A DNA stretch of 64,000 nt from Thermodesulfovibrionales bacterium (GTDB lineage Bacteria > Nitrospirota > Thermodesulfovibrionia > Thermodesulfovibrionales > UBA9159): positions 4,396 to 68,395 of the forward strand of contig DASRZP010000063.1 of NCBI GenBank assembly GCA_035686305.1. Direction: 5' to 3'. Positions 38,825 through 46,617 of this stretch are shown here, one piece after another (within the stretch, counting starts at the first letter, position 1; every line of letters begins with the position of its first letter). The position numbers and the translations under genes were made by a program. The notes under the pieces were generated by a model, which worked only from the letters and a program-made list of their open reading frames with translations, was not told the origin of the DNA and did no database searches.

Positions 38825-39831
38825 GACTCCTTCTTTATCTCGCCCAGCAATCTCTTCATAAGCTGTTGTCTCAGATATCTCCCTGTGAATCGATCAGCCG
38901 AGTCAGATGCGAGAAATCTTATGGCCGCTTTTCTGAAGGAGACGATTTCTTCCTGTGACATATCCTTAATCATCCGAAAGATTCGCGCGGGGTCTTGATC
39001 CCTGCAGTCTATATAACAATCGGAAGGGAAGGTTTCCTTTACAAACGCTCCTCCGCCCCAGTAGAGGGGAACAGCACCCGATCGAAAGGCATCGAGCATC
39101 TTTTCCGTGATGTATCCGGGGAGATCGCAGTTTTCAAAAGCCAGAATAAAATTATATCTTCTCAGGGTCTTCTGCTTGTCTTCGGCAGTGCCGCAATAAT
39201 TGGGAAAGGTGACCCATTTGTTTCGTTGTCCTCCCCACGGTTCCGCCCCATAAATGTCGATATCCTTTCCCATGGCCTCAACAAAGCGAATTCTCTCCCG
39301 AAGCAGATTGAGTTCAGGACGTTCGGAATACCGGTTGATGATGCAACAAAGCCTGGAGCGTCGTTCCGTAAGATTCCGCTCCAAAAGAGAGAGAGTCTTA
39401 GCTCTGCCATTGGCAAGGGCCGGATAAAACATGCGCCTGTTGATATCGGGTTCATTATACAGATAGAGGGATGGTTTCAACACTTCAGACTGGATATTTC
39501 TTCTCGTCTCTTCGGTCATGGCCGGAAGGGGCTCAAGGGTAAAGAATAGCTTCGCCTTTTGGAAGAGCACAAACTCATGGTGAAGAAAATTCTGAGCAAC
39601 GAGATAATCATGCTTCCGCTTATGAAAAAGAGAGGGAAGGTTATGGAGAAAATGATAGACCGAAGGATAAAAAAGAACCCCTCCTTCACGATTTCCTACG
39701 CCGGTCATTTTGACAATCTTCCTGTTCTTATAGGTAGAAAAATAAAATAATCCCTGCCAGCTAACGTAGAATCGGAACCTTTTAATCAATCCGGCAGCAG
39801 CCCCGTACATAATATCTCTTAATCTCCTCAC
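38821..39831 (-). CDS. GT10-like (alpha-1,3/4-fucosyltransferase family) glycosyltransferase
   Basis: YNFILAFENCDLPGYITEKMLDAF matches the GT10 signature FxLxFENSxxxxYxTEK. Confidence 0.65.
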   Translation of the reverse strand: MRRLRDIMYGAAAGLIKRFRFYVSWQGLFYFSTYKNRKIVKMTGVGNREGGVLFYPSVYHFLHNLPSLFHKRKHDYLVAQNFLHHEFVLFQKAKLFFTLEPLPAMTEETRRNIQSEVLKPSLYLYNEPDINRRMFYPALANGRAKTLSLLERNLTERRSRLCCIINRYSERPELNLLRERIRFVEAMGKDIDIYGAEPWGGQRNKWVTFPNYCGTAEDKQKTLRRYNFILAFENCDLPGYITEKMLDAFRSGAVPLYWGGGAFVKETFPSDCYIDCRDQDPARIFRMIKDMSQEEIVSFRKAAIRFLASDSADRFTGRYLRQQLMKRLLGEIKKES

Positions 39832-40553
39832 GATGTTGAGCCTTCTCCGGTCGTTGACTTTCGGCGCCTGTCAAGGGATGCCTTAAGAATGCGCACAACA
39901 TCGGTCTGAGAACCACGCTCGCGAATACCCATGTTGGCGGTATGGATCCGCCTCAACGTAACGACTTCATCGAGAACGATGCTCTTGAGGCCCTTCTCCG
40001 CCGCCTTCAGATACCAGTCAATAAAGTCGCCCACTCTCCATGTTGTTTCAAAGAGTCCGACATGAAAAAAAGACTCCCGTTTGATGAGCATGCTGCCCTT
40101 GAAGACCCCCGGCATGACCTCGGCAGGGATGCGGACGCTTTTTCTCTCATCCTCATCGAGTTCCGGACTGTAAAACTGTTTGACCTGTCCGAATACCATG
40201 TCCACGTCGGGACTGTCTTCAAAGACCGCCACCTGATGCATTAATTTATCTTCGTTCCAGAGGTCGTCAGCATCGAGAAAGGAGAGAAAAGATCCGCCAC
40301 ACAACATTATGCCCCTGTTGAGGGCGGCACCGACACCGCCGTTGGTCTGGTAGACGTATCGTACCTCTGAACCAAAGCTCTTTGCTACCCCGGCGCTGTC
40401 GTCCGTCGAGCCATCATCCACCACAATGACCTCGATCGGCCCATAGGTCTGGCAGAGCACGCTCTCTATCGCCTCACAGAGGTATTTTTCGCCATTGAAG
40501 ACCGGAATAATGACGCTCACCAAGGGATCGGTTATTTCGTGAAACCTAAGCAT
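39828..40553 (-). CDS. family 2 glycosyltransferase (operon paralogue d)
   Basis: LVSVIIPVFNGEKYLCEAIESVLCQTYGPIEVIVVDDGSTDDS...FLDADDLW, with C-terminal ILKASLDRRRK. Confidence 0.85.
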   Translation of the reverse strand: MLRFHEITDPLVSVIIPVFNGEKYLCEAIESVLCQTYGPIEVIVVDDGSTDDSAGVAKSFGSEVRYVYQTNGGVGAALNRGIMLCGGSFLSFLDADDLWNEDKLMHQVAVFEDSPDVDMVFGQVKQFYSPELDEDERKSVRIPAEVMPGVFKGSMLIKRESFFHVGLFETTWRVGDFIDWYLKAAEKGLKSIVLDEVVTLRRIHTANMGIRERGSQTDVVRILKASLDRRRKSTTGEGSTS

Positions 40554-40568
40554 TCTGGTGTACTGACA

Positions 40569-41693
40569 TCAGAGGCGGATTTTCTTGATCCGCAGGGAAA
40601 TCTGTTCCCTTCGGTAAAGATAAGAGTACAAAAGATATTTCTTAAAGCCCTCATCCCGCAATATCCTGTAATGTGCCTTGATCGTCCGTATCAAAAGGTG
40701 CCCCAGTCCCTGCCTCGGTCTCCATAGAGCCCTTGCTCTCTCGCGTATGGTTTTGCTTTCCGCGTACAGAGCCAATCTCTTGAGTTCCGCTTTGTTCCAT
40801 AGCCTTGCGCCGTAATCTTCAAACTCCTCGGTGGCGACCTTCACTCCTATCGAACCGAGGCTTTGAACATTCTCTTTAGCCTCTCTCAAGGTATTCATGG
40901 CGGGTACGACGACATCGCAGGGAGAGTTCTGAATGCACCATACGAGGTGTCGCTGGGCAGGGGTCAGAGATAGATTGTTCTCAGGGTGGTCTTTACGGCC
41001 TGCGGACTCGAAGACACTGATTTTCATTTCCCATTGCGATGGAGCACAATCCCAGCAAAAGAGTTTCATAGCCACGATGCCGACATCGTGCTCCTCGGCA
41101 ATCGGAAAGAGTTCTTCGTTAGCCTGTTGAACCTTCCAGTTAAAACGTATCATGATATAGTCAATCATGTCAGTTTCACGGATGACCTTGCCGATCGTGG
41201 GGAAGAGGTTTATCGCGTGGCAGCTAAGGCCGATATTTTGGACGAGGTCCTCTTCCTTGAATTTTCTCATCGCTTCACAAGCCGCAACGATATCGTCATA
41301 GGAAGCGTCCCCGTCTCCGACACTTGCGAGAAATAAAGGCGCACGGGAATAGCCGAGAATGGCAAGTCGTGACTCAAGTTCCGAGCGGAGCTTCTGATGC
41401 CATTGCTGGGCCGAAATGAAACCCCCGTAAAGGGAAATCACGACATCCTCTTTGATATTCGCACGCCGAAAAGAATCGGCCAGCAGTTCCACTTCTTCCT
41501 TATAGGTCGTGTCAAAATAATTTACGCCGGATGAAACAAGGTAATGAATAAGGTGTGCTCGGTCGTCGGGAGAAAGGAAGAACTCAGGACCATTGCCTAC
41601 AGGATGGGTGTGCCCTCCCAGCCCAAGCACATTCACTTCAAACCCTGTCCGACCAAGCCTTCGCAGAACTCTTCCTGCTTCGTTTTCCATCAC
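40569..41693 (-). CDS. aldo-keto reductase with about a 40-aa basic C-terminal extension
   Basis: RLGRTGFEVNVLGLGG...NYFDTTYKEE (AKR N-terminal and D/Y catalytic context). The extra tail is LIRTIKAHYRILRDEGFKKYLLYSYLYRREQISLRIKKI. Confidence 0.7.
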   Translation of the reverse strand: MMENEAGRVLRRLGRTGFEVNVLGLGGHTHPVGNGPEFFLSPDDRAHLIHYLVSSGVNYFDTTYKEEVELLADSFRRANIKEDVVISLYGGFISAQQWHQKLRSELESRLAILGYSRAPLFLASVGDGDASYDDIVAACEAMRKFKEEDLVQNIGLSCHAINLFPTIGKVIRETDMIDYIMIRFNWKVQQANEELFPIAEEHDVGIVAMKLFCWDCAPSQWEMKISVFESAGRKDHPENNLSLTPAQRHLVWCIQNSPCDVVVPAMNTLREAKENVQSLGSIGVKVATEEFEDYGARLWNKAELKRLALYAESKTIRERARALWRPRQGLGHLLIRTIKAHYRILRDEGFKKYLLYSYLYRREQISLRIKKIRL

Positions 41694-42913
41694 CGGCCCT
41701 CTGACGAGAACTTTTCCTTGATCCAGTTCGAGAGTTGCCCCCTCCTGTAATGATATGAGAACTGGACGTACTTCCCGAGACCTTCATTTTTTAATATTCG
41801 ATAATGCGCCCTGGCAGTCCGCCGCAATGTTTCACCTATGCTCTGTGTCCGCTTAGGCTTCGGAATTCTTGCCTTATTGGGCGCAAGCGGGATTCTGCAC
41901 AAGTCCCGCGCCAGCACATTGGTCGAAATCAATGAGAGCCACAGGGTGAACTCGGATGTCAAGTCAAAGTCGGCGTTCGTGAATTCCCATTGTTTGCTCA
42001 TGCCGGAAAGCCAGCTGCCATCGGTCCTTTGCAGCGCCATAATGTTCTTCGCCACGTGCATCGCAATGTCCCGGTACCTCGCCTCACCGGTGATACGGTA
42101 AAGCATGGCACATCCCCAAGCAGCCTTCCCGCTTGAGTAGCCGTCCCAGGGGTCAATGCAGCGCTGCTGAAAGTCAAAGTACCATTGAGCCAGCTCCCGG
42201 TACGCGGTCTCTTGGGTTGCACTTTCCAGCAGCACAAGGAAAGCCAGAGGGAGGCCCACAGCAAACCAGCACTGGTCTGCCTTCTTTGTATCGACGACAC
42301 GCAGAAAGGCGTCGTGGTCGTCTTTCGGCTCTGTATACAATTGACCGTCAGCTTTCACGGCGGTGAAGAAGCGGTCATCTGATGCGGGTTGCAGTTTTAT
42401 GAGGTACGAAAGATAGTCTGCAACGCGCCTGGCTTGATCAATCATCCCTGCCGCCAAACAGGCAATGCCGGCCGCACTGGAAGATGCGGTATCTGCCATC
42501 TCTTTCCCGCCATGGTCCGTGAGCCGTGAATAGAAGCCCCCGTGATCATCGGCCTGCTGGGTAAGTAAAAAAGACAGTGCAGGCAGAGCGATATCGTAGC
42601 GGCCTGCGCGCATGCTGCCGGCGACAAGATAAGCGTTGACATACGGGTAATGTCCTGTAATGTGCCATGGATGCGCACGGGGCAAGAAATCTCCTCTTGC
42701 GGTAGAAAAATTCTGACGAACGTAGGTTAGCGATCGGTGGGCTGAAGGGGAGAGGCCGGTCTCTGTCAATGCCCAGCCCGCCTTGTAAAAAGCATCCACC
42801 TTAGGATCTCTCAAGCGCTTCCAACTCCCGTCCCGATTCTGGTGAGCGACGAGCCATCGGCTCCCGGCAAGGGCGCGCTCGCAAATCTGCTTTGGTGTCA
42901 AAGGCTTGGCCAT
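41690..42913 (-). CDS. terpenoid-cyclase/prenyltransferase-repeat-like alpha/alpha-barrel protein with the same C-terminal extension
   Basis: RWLVAHQNRDGSW and LQRTDGSW repeats (Q..DGSW type). Tail LRRTARAHYRILKNEGLGKYVQFSYHYRRGQLSNWIKEK. The start is ATG 42913, 4 nt after the upstream stop; the track start 42976 would overlap by 59 nt. Confidence 0.5.
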   Translation of the reverse strand: MAKPLTPKQICERALAGSRWLVAHQNRDGSWKRLRDPKVDAFYKAGWALTETGLSPSAHRSLTYVRQNFSTARGDFLPRAHPWHITGHYPYVNAYLVAGSMRAGRYDIALPALSFLLTQQADDHGGFYSRLTDHGGKEMADTASSSAAGIACLAAGMIDQARRVADYLSYLIKLQPASDDRFFTAVKADGQLYTEPKDDHDAFLRVVDTKKADQCWFAVGLPLAFLVLLESATQETAYRELAQWYFDFQQRCIDPWDGYSSGKAAWGCAMLYRITGEARYRDIAMHVAKNIMALQRTDGSWLSGMSKQWEFTNADFDLTSEFTLWLSLISTNVLARDLCRIPLAPNKARIPKPKRTQSIGETLRRTARAHYRILKNEGLGKYVQFSYHYRRGQLSNWIKEKFSSEGR

Positions 42914-42917
42914 CTGA

Positions 42918-43781
42918 TCAGTCTTCTGCCTTCCCTTCTGCCAAATCGGAAAGTATTCCCGAAGGTTCTTCCCCAATGCAAGAGAGCCTGGGCAGGGACT
43001 CAGCCGGACTCCGGGTTTTCTCCCTGCGGCGGTCGAGTGACTTCTTGAGCATGTTGATAAAATAGTGATTCCCTAATTGTTCCTGATTTGTCATATTACC
43101 TCCATGTCGCCGATAAAACTGTGTCACGTCCCTGTGTACCACCATCGAGACGCCGTGTTCTCTGGCCCGCATGAACCAGTCCCAATCATCGCAATACCTT
43201 TGTGTTTCATCAAAACGACCGACACTATCAAACACCGATCTCCTGAAGAGTGCACTGCCGACACTCATGGCAAGTACGGGGTTTCCCCATTCCCTGAATA
43301 TATGTCTGCCTCCGACAATATCCGTGAAGATCATGATCTGTGTATATCCAATAACAATGTCTGCAGAGGGCGCGGCGTTCAAGTACCAAAGCTGTCGGTC
43401 CAGCTTTTTCTCGCTCCAGAGGTCATCGACGTCCAGGAATGCGATCACATCTCCCTCGGCTTCATCCAATCCTCGGTTTCGGGCCGCAGGAAGTCCTCTG
43501 TTCGGCTGATGAACATAACGTACGTCTCCCTTGAGTCCGTCGGCGATCCTTTGGGTATTGTCCGTCGAGCCGTCATCTACAATAATAATTTCTAATGGGT
43601 CGTGCTCCTGCTGCCGGATGCTCTCTACGGCCTCGGCCAGAAAGGCCTCTCCGTTATAGACAGGAATTATGACGCTGACGAAGGACGGGGGTAACTCCAT
43701 CTCAGCCTCTCGCAAAAGGAATCGTTGGTATCGATCCTCCTCGCTCTGTATCGAATGACTTTTATCACGGAGTCTCTCCAT
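42918..43781 (-). CDS. family 2 glycosyltransferase (paralogue a)
   Basis: FVSVIIPVYNGEAFLAEAVESIRQQEHDPLEIIIVDDGSTDNT...FLDVDDLW...MLKKSLDRRREK. Confidence 0.85.
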   Translation of the reverse strand: MERLRDKSHSIQSEEDRYQRFLLREAEMELPPSFVSVIIPVYNGEAFLAEAVESIRQQEHDPLEIIIVDDGSTDNTQRIADGLKGDVRYVHQPNRGLPAARNRGLDEAEGDVIAFLDVDDLWSEKKLDRQLWYLNAAPSADIVIGYTQIMIFTDIVGGRHIFREWGNPVLAMSVGSALFRRSVFDSVGRFDETQRYCDDWDWFMRAREHGVSMVVHRDVTQFYRRHGGNMTNQEQLGNHYFINMLKKSLDRRREKTRSPAESLPRLSCIGEEPSGILSDLAEGKAED

Positions 43782-44544
43782 AGCCTGATGAATTCTTTCG
43801 ATGCGTCATAATCTTTTCGAGGTTGTTCAGTTTCGGAAAGGGCTCAACCTGTCTATCCCCTTGCTGTCGGCGACGATCAAGGGACTTTTTCAATGTCTTT
43901 ATAAAATAGCTGTTCCGTAACGTTGAATCAAGGGTCATGTTGGACCCGTGCCGGCGATAAAAGAGGGTTACCTCCTGCTGTAGATCTATCGAGATTCCCA
44001 TTTCCCTGGCCCGCATAAACCAGTCAGTATCTTCACCATAGCGAAGGGTTTCGTCAAAGACGCCAACCTTCTCAAGGACGGATTTTCGAAAGAGTCCGGC
44101 ACTCAGGAGAAGGGCACAGAAAGGATCATGCCATTTTTCAAACCGTGGTCTGCCACCTTCGCCCCACTGCAATTTCATCGGCTGGCTGAGACCCAAAACG
44201 ATCTCCACCGAAGGGGCCTCTGCCAGACGGGCAAGCTGGAGCGGAATCTTATTCCTGCTCCAGAGATCATCGACGTCGAGGAAGGCGATAAGCACTCCTT
44301 GAGAGATCTGCAATCCCCTGTTGCGGGCTGCAGCCGGACCACGGTTCTCCTGTTGAAGATACGTGATATCGTTGCCATAACTCCTCGCAACGGCCTCTGT
44401 ATCGTCCGTGGAGCCGTCATTCACGACGATCACCTGCATCGGCCGGTGGTCTTGGGACAGTGCGCTTTCGATTGCCTCAGCCAGGTAACGCTCGCCGTTA
44501 TATACAGGGATAATGACACTCACGAGGCTGTCTCTACCGATCAT
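43765..44544 (-). CDS. family 2 glycosyltransferase (paralogue b)
   Basis: LVSVIIPVYNGERYLAEAIESALSQDHRPMQVIVVNDGSTDDT...FLDVDDLW...TLKKSLDRRRQQ. Confidence 0.85.
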   Translation of the reverse strand: MIGRDSLVSVIIPVYNGERYLAEAIESALSQDHRPMQVIVVNDGSTDDTEAVARSYGNDITYLQQENRGPAAARNRGLQISQGVLIAFLDVDDLWSRNKIPLQLARLAEAPSVEIVLGLSQPMKLQWGEGGRPRFEKWHDPFCALLLSAGLFRKSVLEKVGVFDETLRYGEDTDWFMRAREMGISIDLQQEVTLFYRRHGSNMTLDSTLRNSYFIKTLKKSLDRRRQQGDRQVEPFPKLNNLEKIMTHRKNSSGYGETP

Positions 44545-45247
44545 GAGAATTTCCGCTTTTCTGATCTCGCTGTCGCCCGATTGTCCGTCTGATCAGGGAA
44601 AGCACTTCCCTTCTGTTTGTCCGTACGTCGGAAGAAAGATTCCGGTCATGAATCCGTTTATAGAGCAATACATCGGGGATTATGAACATGGGGACATCTC
44701 GATCCTTCGCACGTTTAAACCATTCGACGTCACAGGCTATGCTGAGGGCAGGATCGAAGCTGCCGATGAGATTGAAGACAGACCTTCGGGCGAGCAGGGT
44801 GCCTGGCGTCCGACCTACATGGACCTGATCCAGAAACGTTTTCGTATGCCCCGGCCTCAGGCGGGCTCCCGGCTCGACAAAGAACTTCACCCATGCGTTC
44901 ACATAGTGAATCTCAGGGTTTTGCAGGAGATAATCGACCTGAGTGGAGAGCTTGTTCGATAGCCAAAGGTCATCGGAGTCCAGAAATGCGATCAGTTCCC
45001 CCTTGGCAGCTTCTAGTCCCGTATTACGACCGCACGCCAAGCCCCGGCCTCCCTGACAGATGTACTTGACCGATCTGAAAAATTGCGAGATCGGGGCGGT
45101 ACGGTCAACTGAGTTTCCGTCAACAACAATGACCTCATAGGGAGCGTAGTTCTGGGTGAAGATGCTTTGAAGTGCGGGAATGATAAAGCGTTCGCCGTTG
45201 AGTACGGCAACGATAACGCTCACGAGAGGCCTAGCCATGTCTTTCAC
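44534..45247 (-). CDS. family 2 glycosyltransferase (paralogue c, more divergent)
   Basis: LVSVIVAVLNGERFIIPALQSIFTQNYAPYEVIVVDGNSVDRT...FLDSDDLW. Confidence 0.8.
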   Translation of the reverse strand: MKDMARPLVSVIVAVLNGERFIIPALQSIFTQNYAPYEVIVVDGNSVDRTAPISQFFRSVKYICQGGRGLACGRNTGLEAAKGELIAFLDSDDLWLSNKLSTQVDYLLQNPEIHYVNAWVKFFVEPGARLRPGHTKTFLDQVHVGRTPGTLLARRSVFNLIGSFDPALSIACDVEWFKRAKDRDVPMFIIPDVLLYKRIHDRNLSSDVRTNRREVLSLIRRTIGRQRDQKSGNSHDR

Positions 45248-46529
45248 GTTTCTCCTCTATCGCTTTTGTCACGGATGCCCAATCCCCAGGGCCGTCTCCG
45301 AGAATCTTTTCAGCATGAACGGCCATGGCGGTTCCGCAGAGTGAATCGATCCTCCGGATGACCTTGAGCGCCGCGTGGTTCCACGTCCAGTGTTGACGTG
45401 CCCGCAGGGCTCCCTCCGTCCCCTTCCTGACGATCTCCTGCCTTGAATGATATGCTTTTTGGAGAAGTTCCTCAAGGTGCTCCTTATCCGGTTCAAGGAG
45501 GAACCCCTCTTGGTTGAGTTCGTGGCCACAAACCTTCTTGACGCTCCGTCTGTCTGCATCGATCCGCCATCCCACCTCCTCATCCACAAAATCATCGGTA
45601 GCGCCGCCGAGGCTCACGATGACCGGAAGACCGCTGGCCATAGCCTCAAGCGTCGGCAGGGAGAAGCCTTCGCCGCGATAGGAAGAGACAAAGACGTCGC
45701 AGGCCCGGTAGAGCCTTGCCATCTGCTCTTTGTTGAATTCATCGGCAAGGTAGAGGACCTCCGGCATGCCCTCTCGGTCCTGAAATCTCCTGATGAGGTC
45801 CTGTGCCGTCTGACCCCTGTACAGGGTCTTTACACCGAGATCTTTGATGATCAGGCAGACATCGTCTTTCGAGGTGAAGGCGCGGGAGTAACTCTCAAGG
45901 AGAATGTCAATCCCCTTGCGATAGATAGTACCACCGACAAAGAGGAACATAAAGCCTTTGCTTGTTGGAAGTCTGAGAGGCCCTCCTAGTGGAGAGAAGG
46001 TATCTGTGTCTACGCCGTTGGGGATGACATGAACCTTGGCAGCATCGAGACCTGACGAGACAAAGGCGCTGCGGGAGAACGTTGACGGCGTCCAGATCTC
46101 CTCAGCAAGGGCAAAGGTGTCGGTATAGAATTGAGGCACTGCGGAATATTCCCAGGGGTGCATGATGATCCATAGGGCCTTGCCGGGCGGATTTGGCCGG
46201 GGAGGCCATTGGTGGCGCACCCAGACATAGGGTCGCTTCGAAGGGTCACGAAGGGAAAACCCCTTCATGCGGATGTCATGAGTCCGTAGTCTTTCGAATC
46301 GCGGGTTGCCCTCTGGAGAAAACTGATCCGGCTCGTAAGGGACGGTGGTGAGTTCTGCAACTCCGAAATCAAGAAGGCTTGAACAGATCTCCCGGTTTAC
46401 GAGAGAGAAGGAAGTCACTGCAAACTGGGTACCCTCCCAAAAGATATGGACCTGTTGTTGAAGATCGAGGGCCGTATCAGGGCTGATCAACCGATGAAGG
46501 GCCGTATGATTTACTAAACGCTCATTCAT
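45231..46529 (-). CDS. GT4-type (GT-B fold) glycosyltransferase
   Basis: C-terminal VFVSSYRGEGFSLPTLEAMASGLPVIVSLGGATDDFV (E-x7-E region). Confidence 0.8.
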   Translation of the reverse strand: MNERLVNHTALHRLISPDTALDLQQQVHIFWEGTQFAVTSFSLVNREICSSLLDFGVAELTTVPYEPDQFSPEGNPRFERLRTHDIRMKGFSLRDPSKRPYVWVRHQWPPRPNPPGKALWIIMHPWEYSAVPQFYTDTFALAEEIWTPSTFSRSAFVSSGLDAAKVHVIPNGVDTDTFSPLGGPLRLPTSKGFMFLFVGGTIYRKGIDILLESYSRAFTSKDDVCLIIKDLGVKTLYRGQTAQDLIRRFQDREGMPEVLYLADEFNKEQMARLYRACDVFVSSYRGEGFSLPTLEAMASGLPVIVSLGGATDDFVDEEVGWRIDADRRSVKKVCGHELNQEGFLLEPDKEHLEELLQKAYHSRQEIVRKGTEGALRARQHWTWNHAALKVIRRIDSLCGTAMAVHAEKILGDGPGDWASVTKAIEEKRERHG

Positions 46530-46617
46530 TAGGGTCCCCGGAATTCAAGAAGCCGCAGGGGTTGCCATGATCTCCGGGGACAGAAGAGATCGTCTCCTCC
46601 AGCCAGACGAGAACGGG

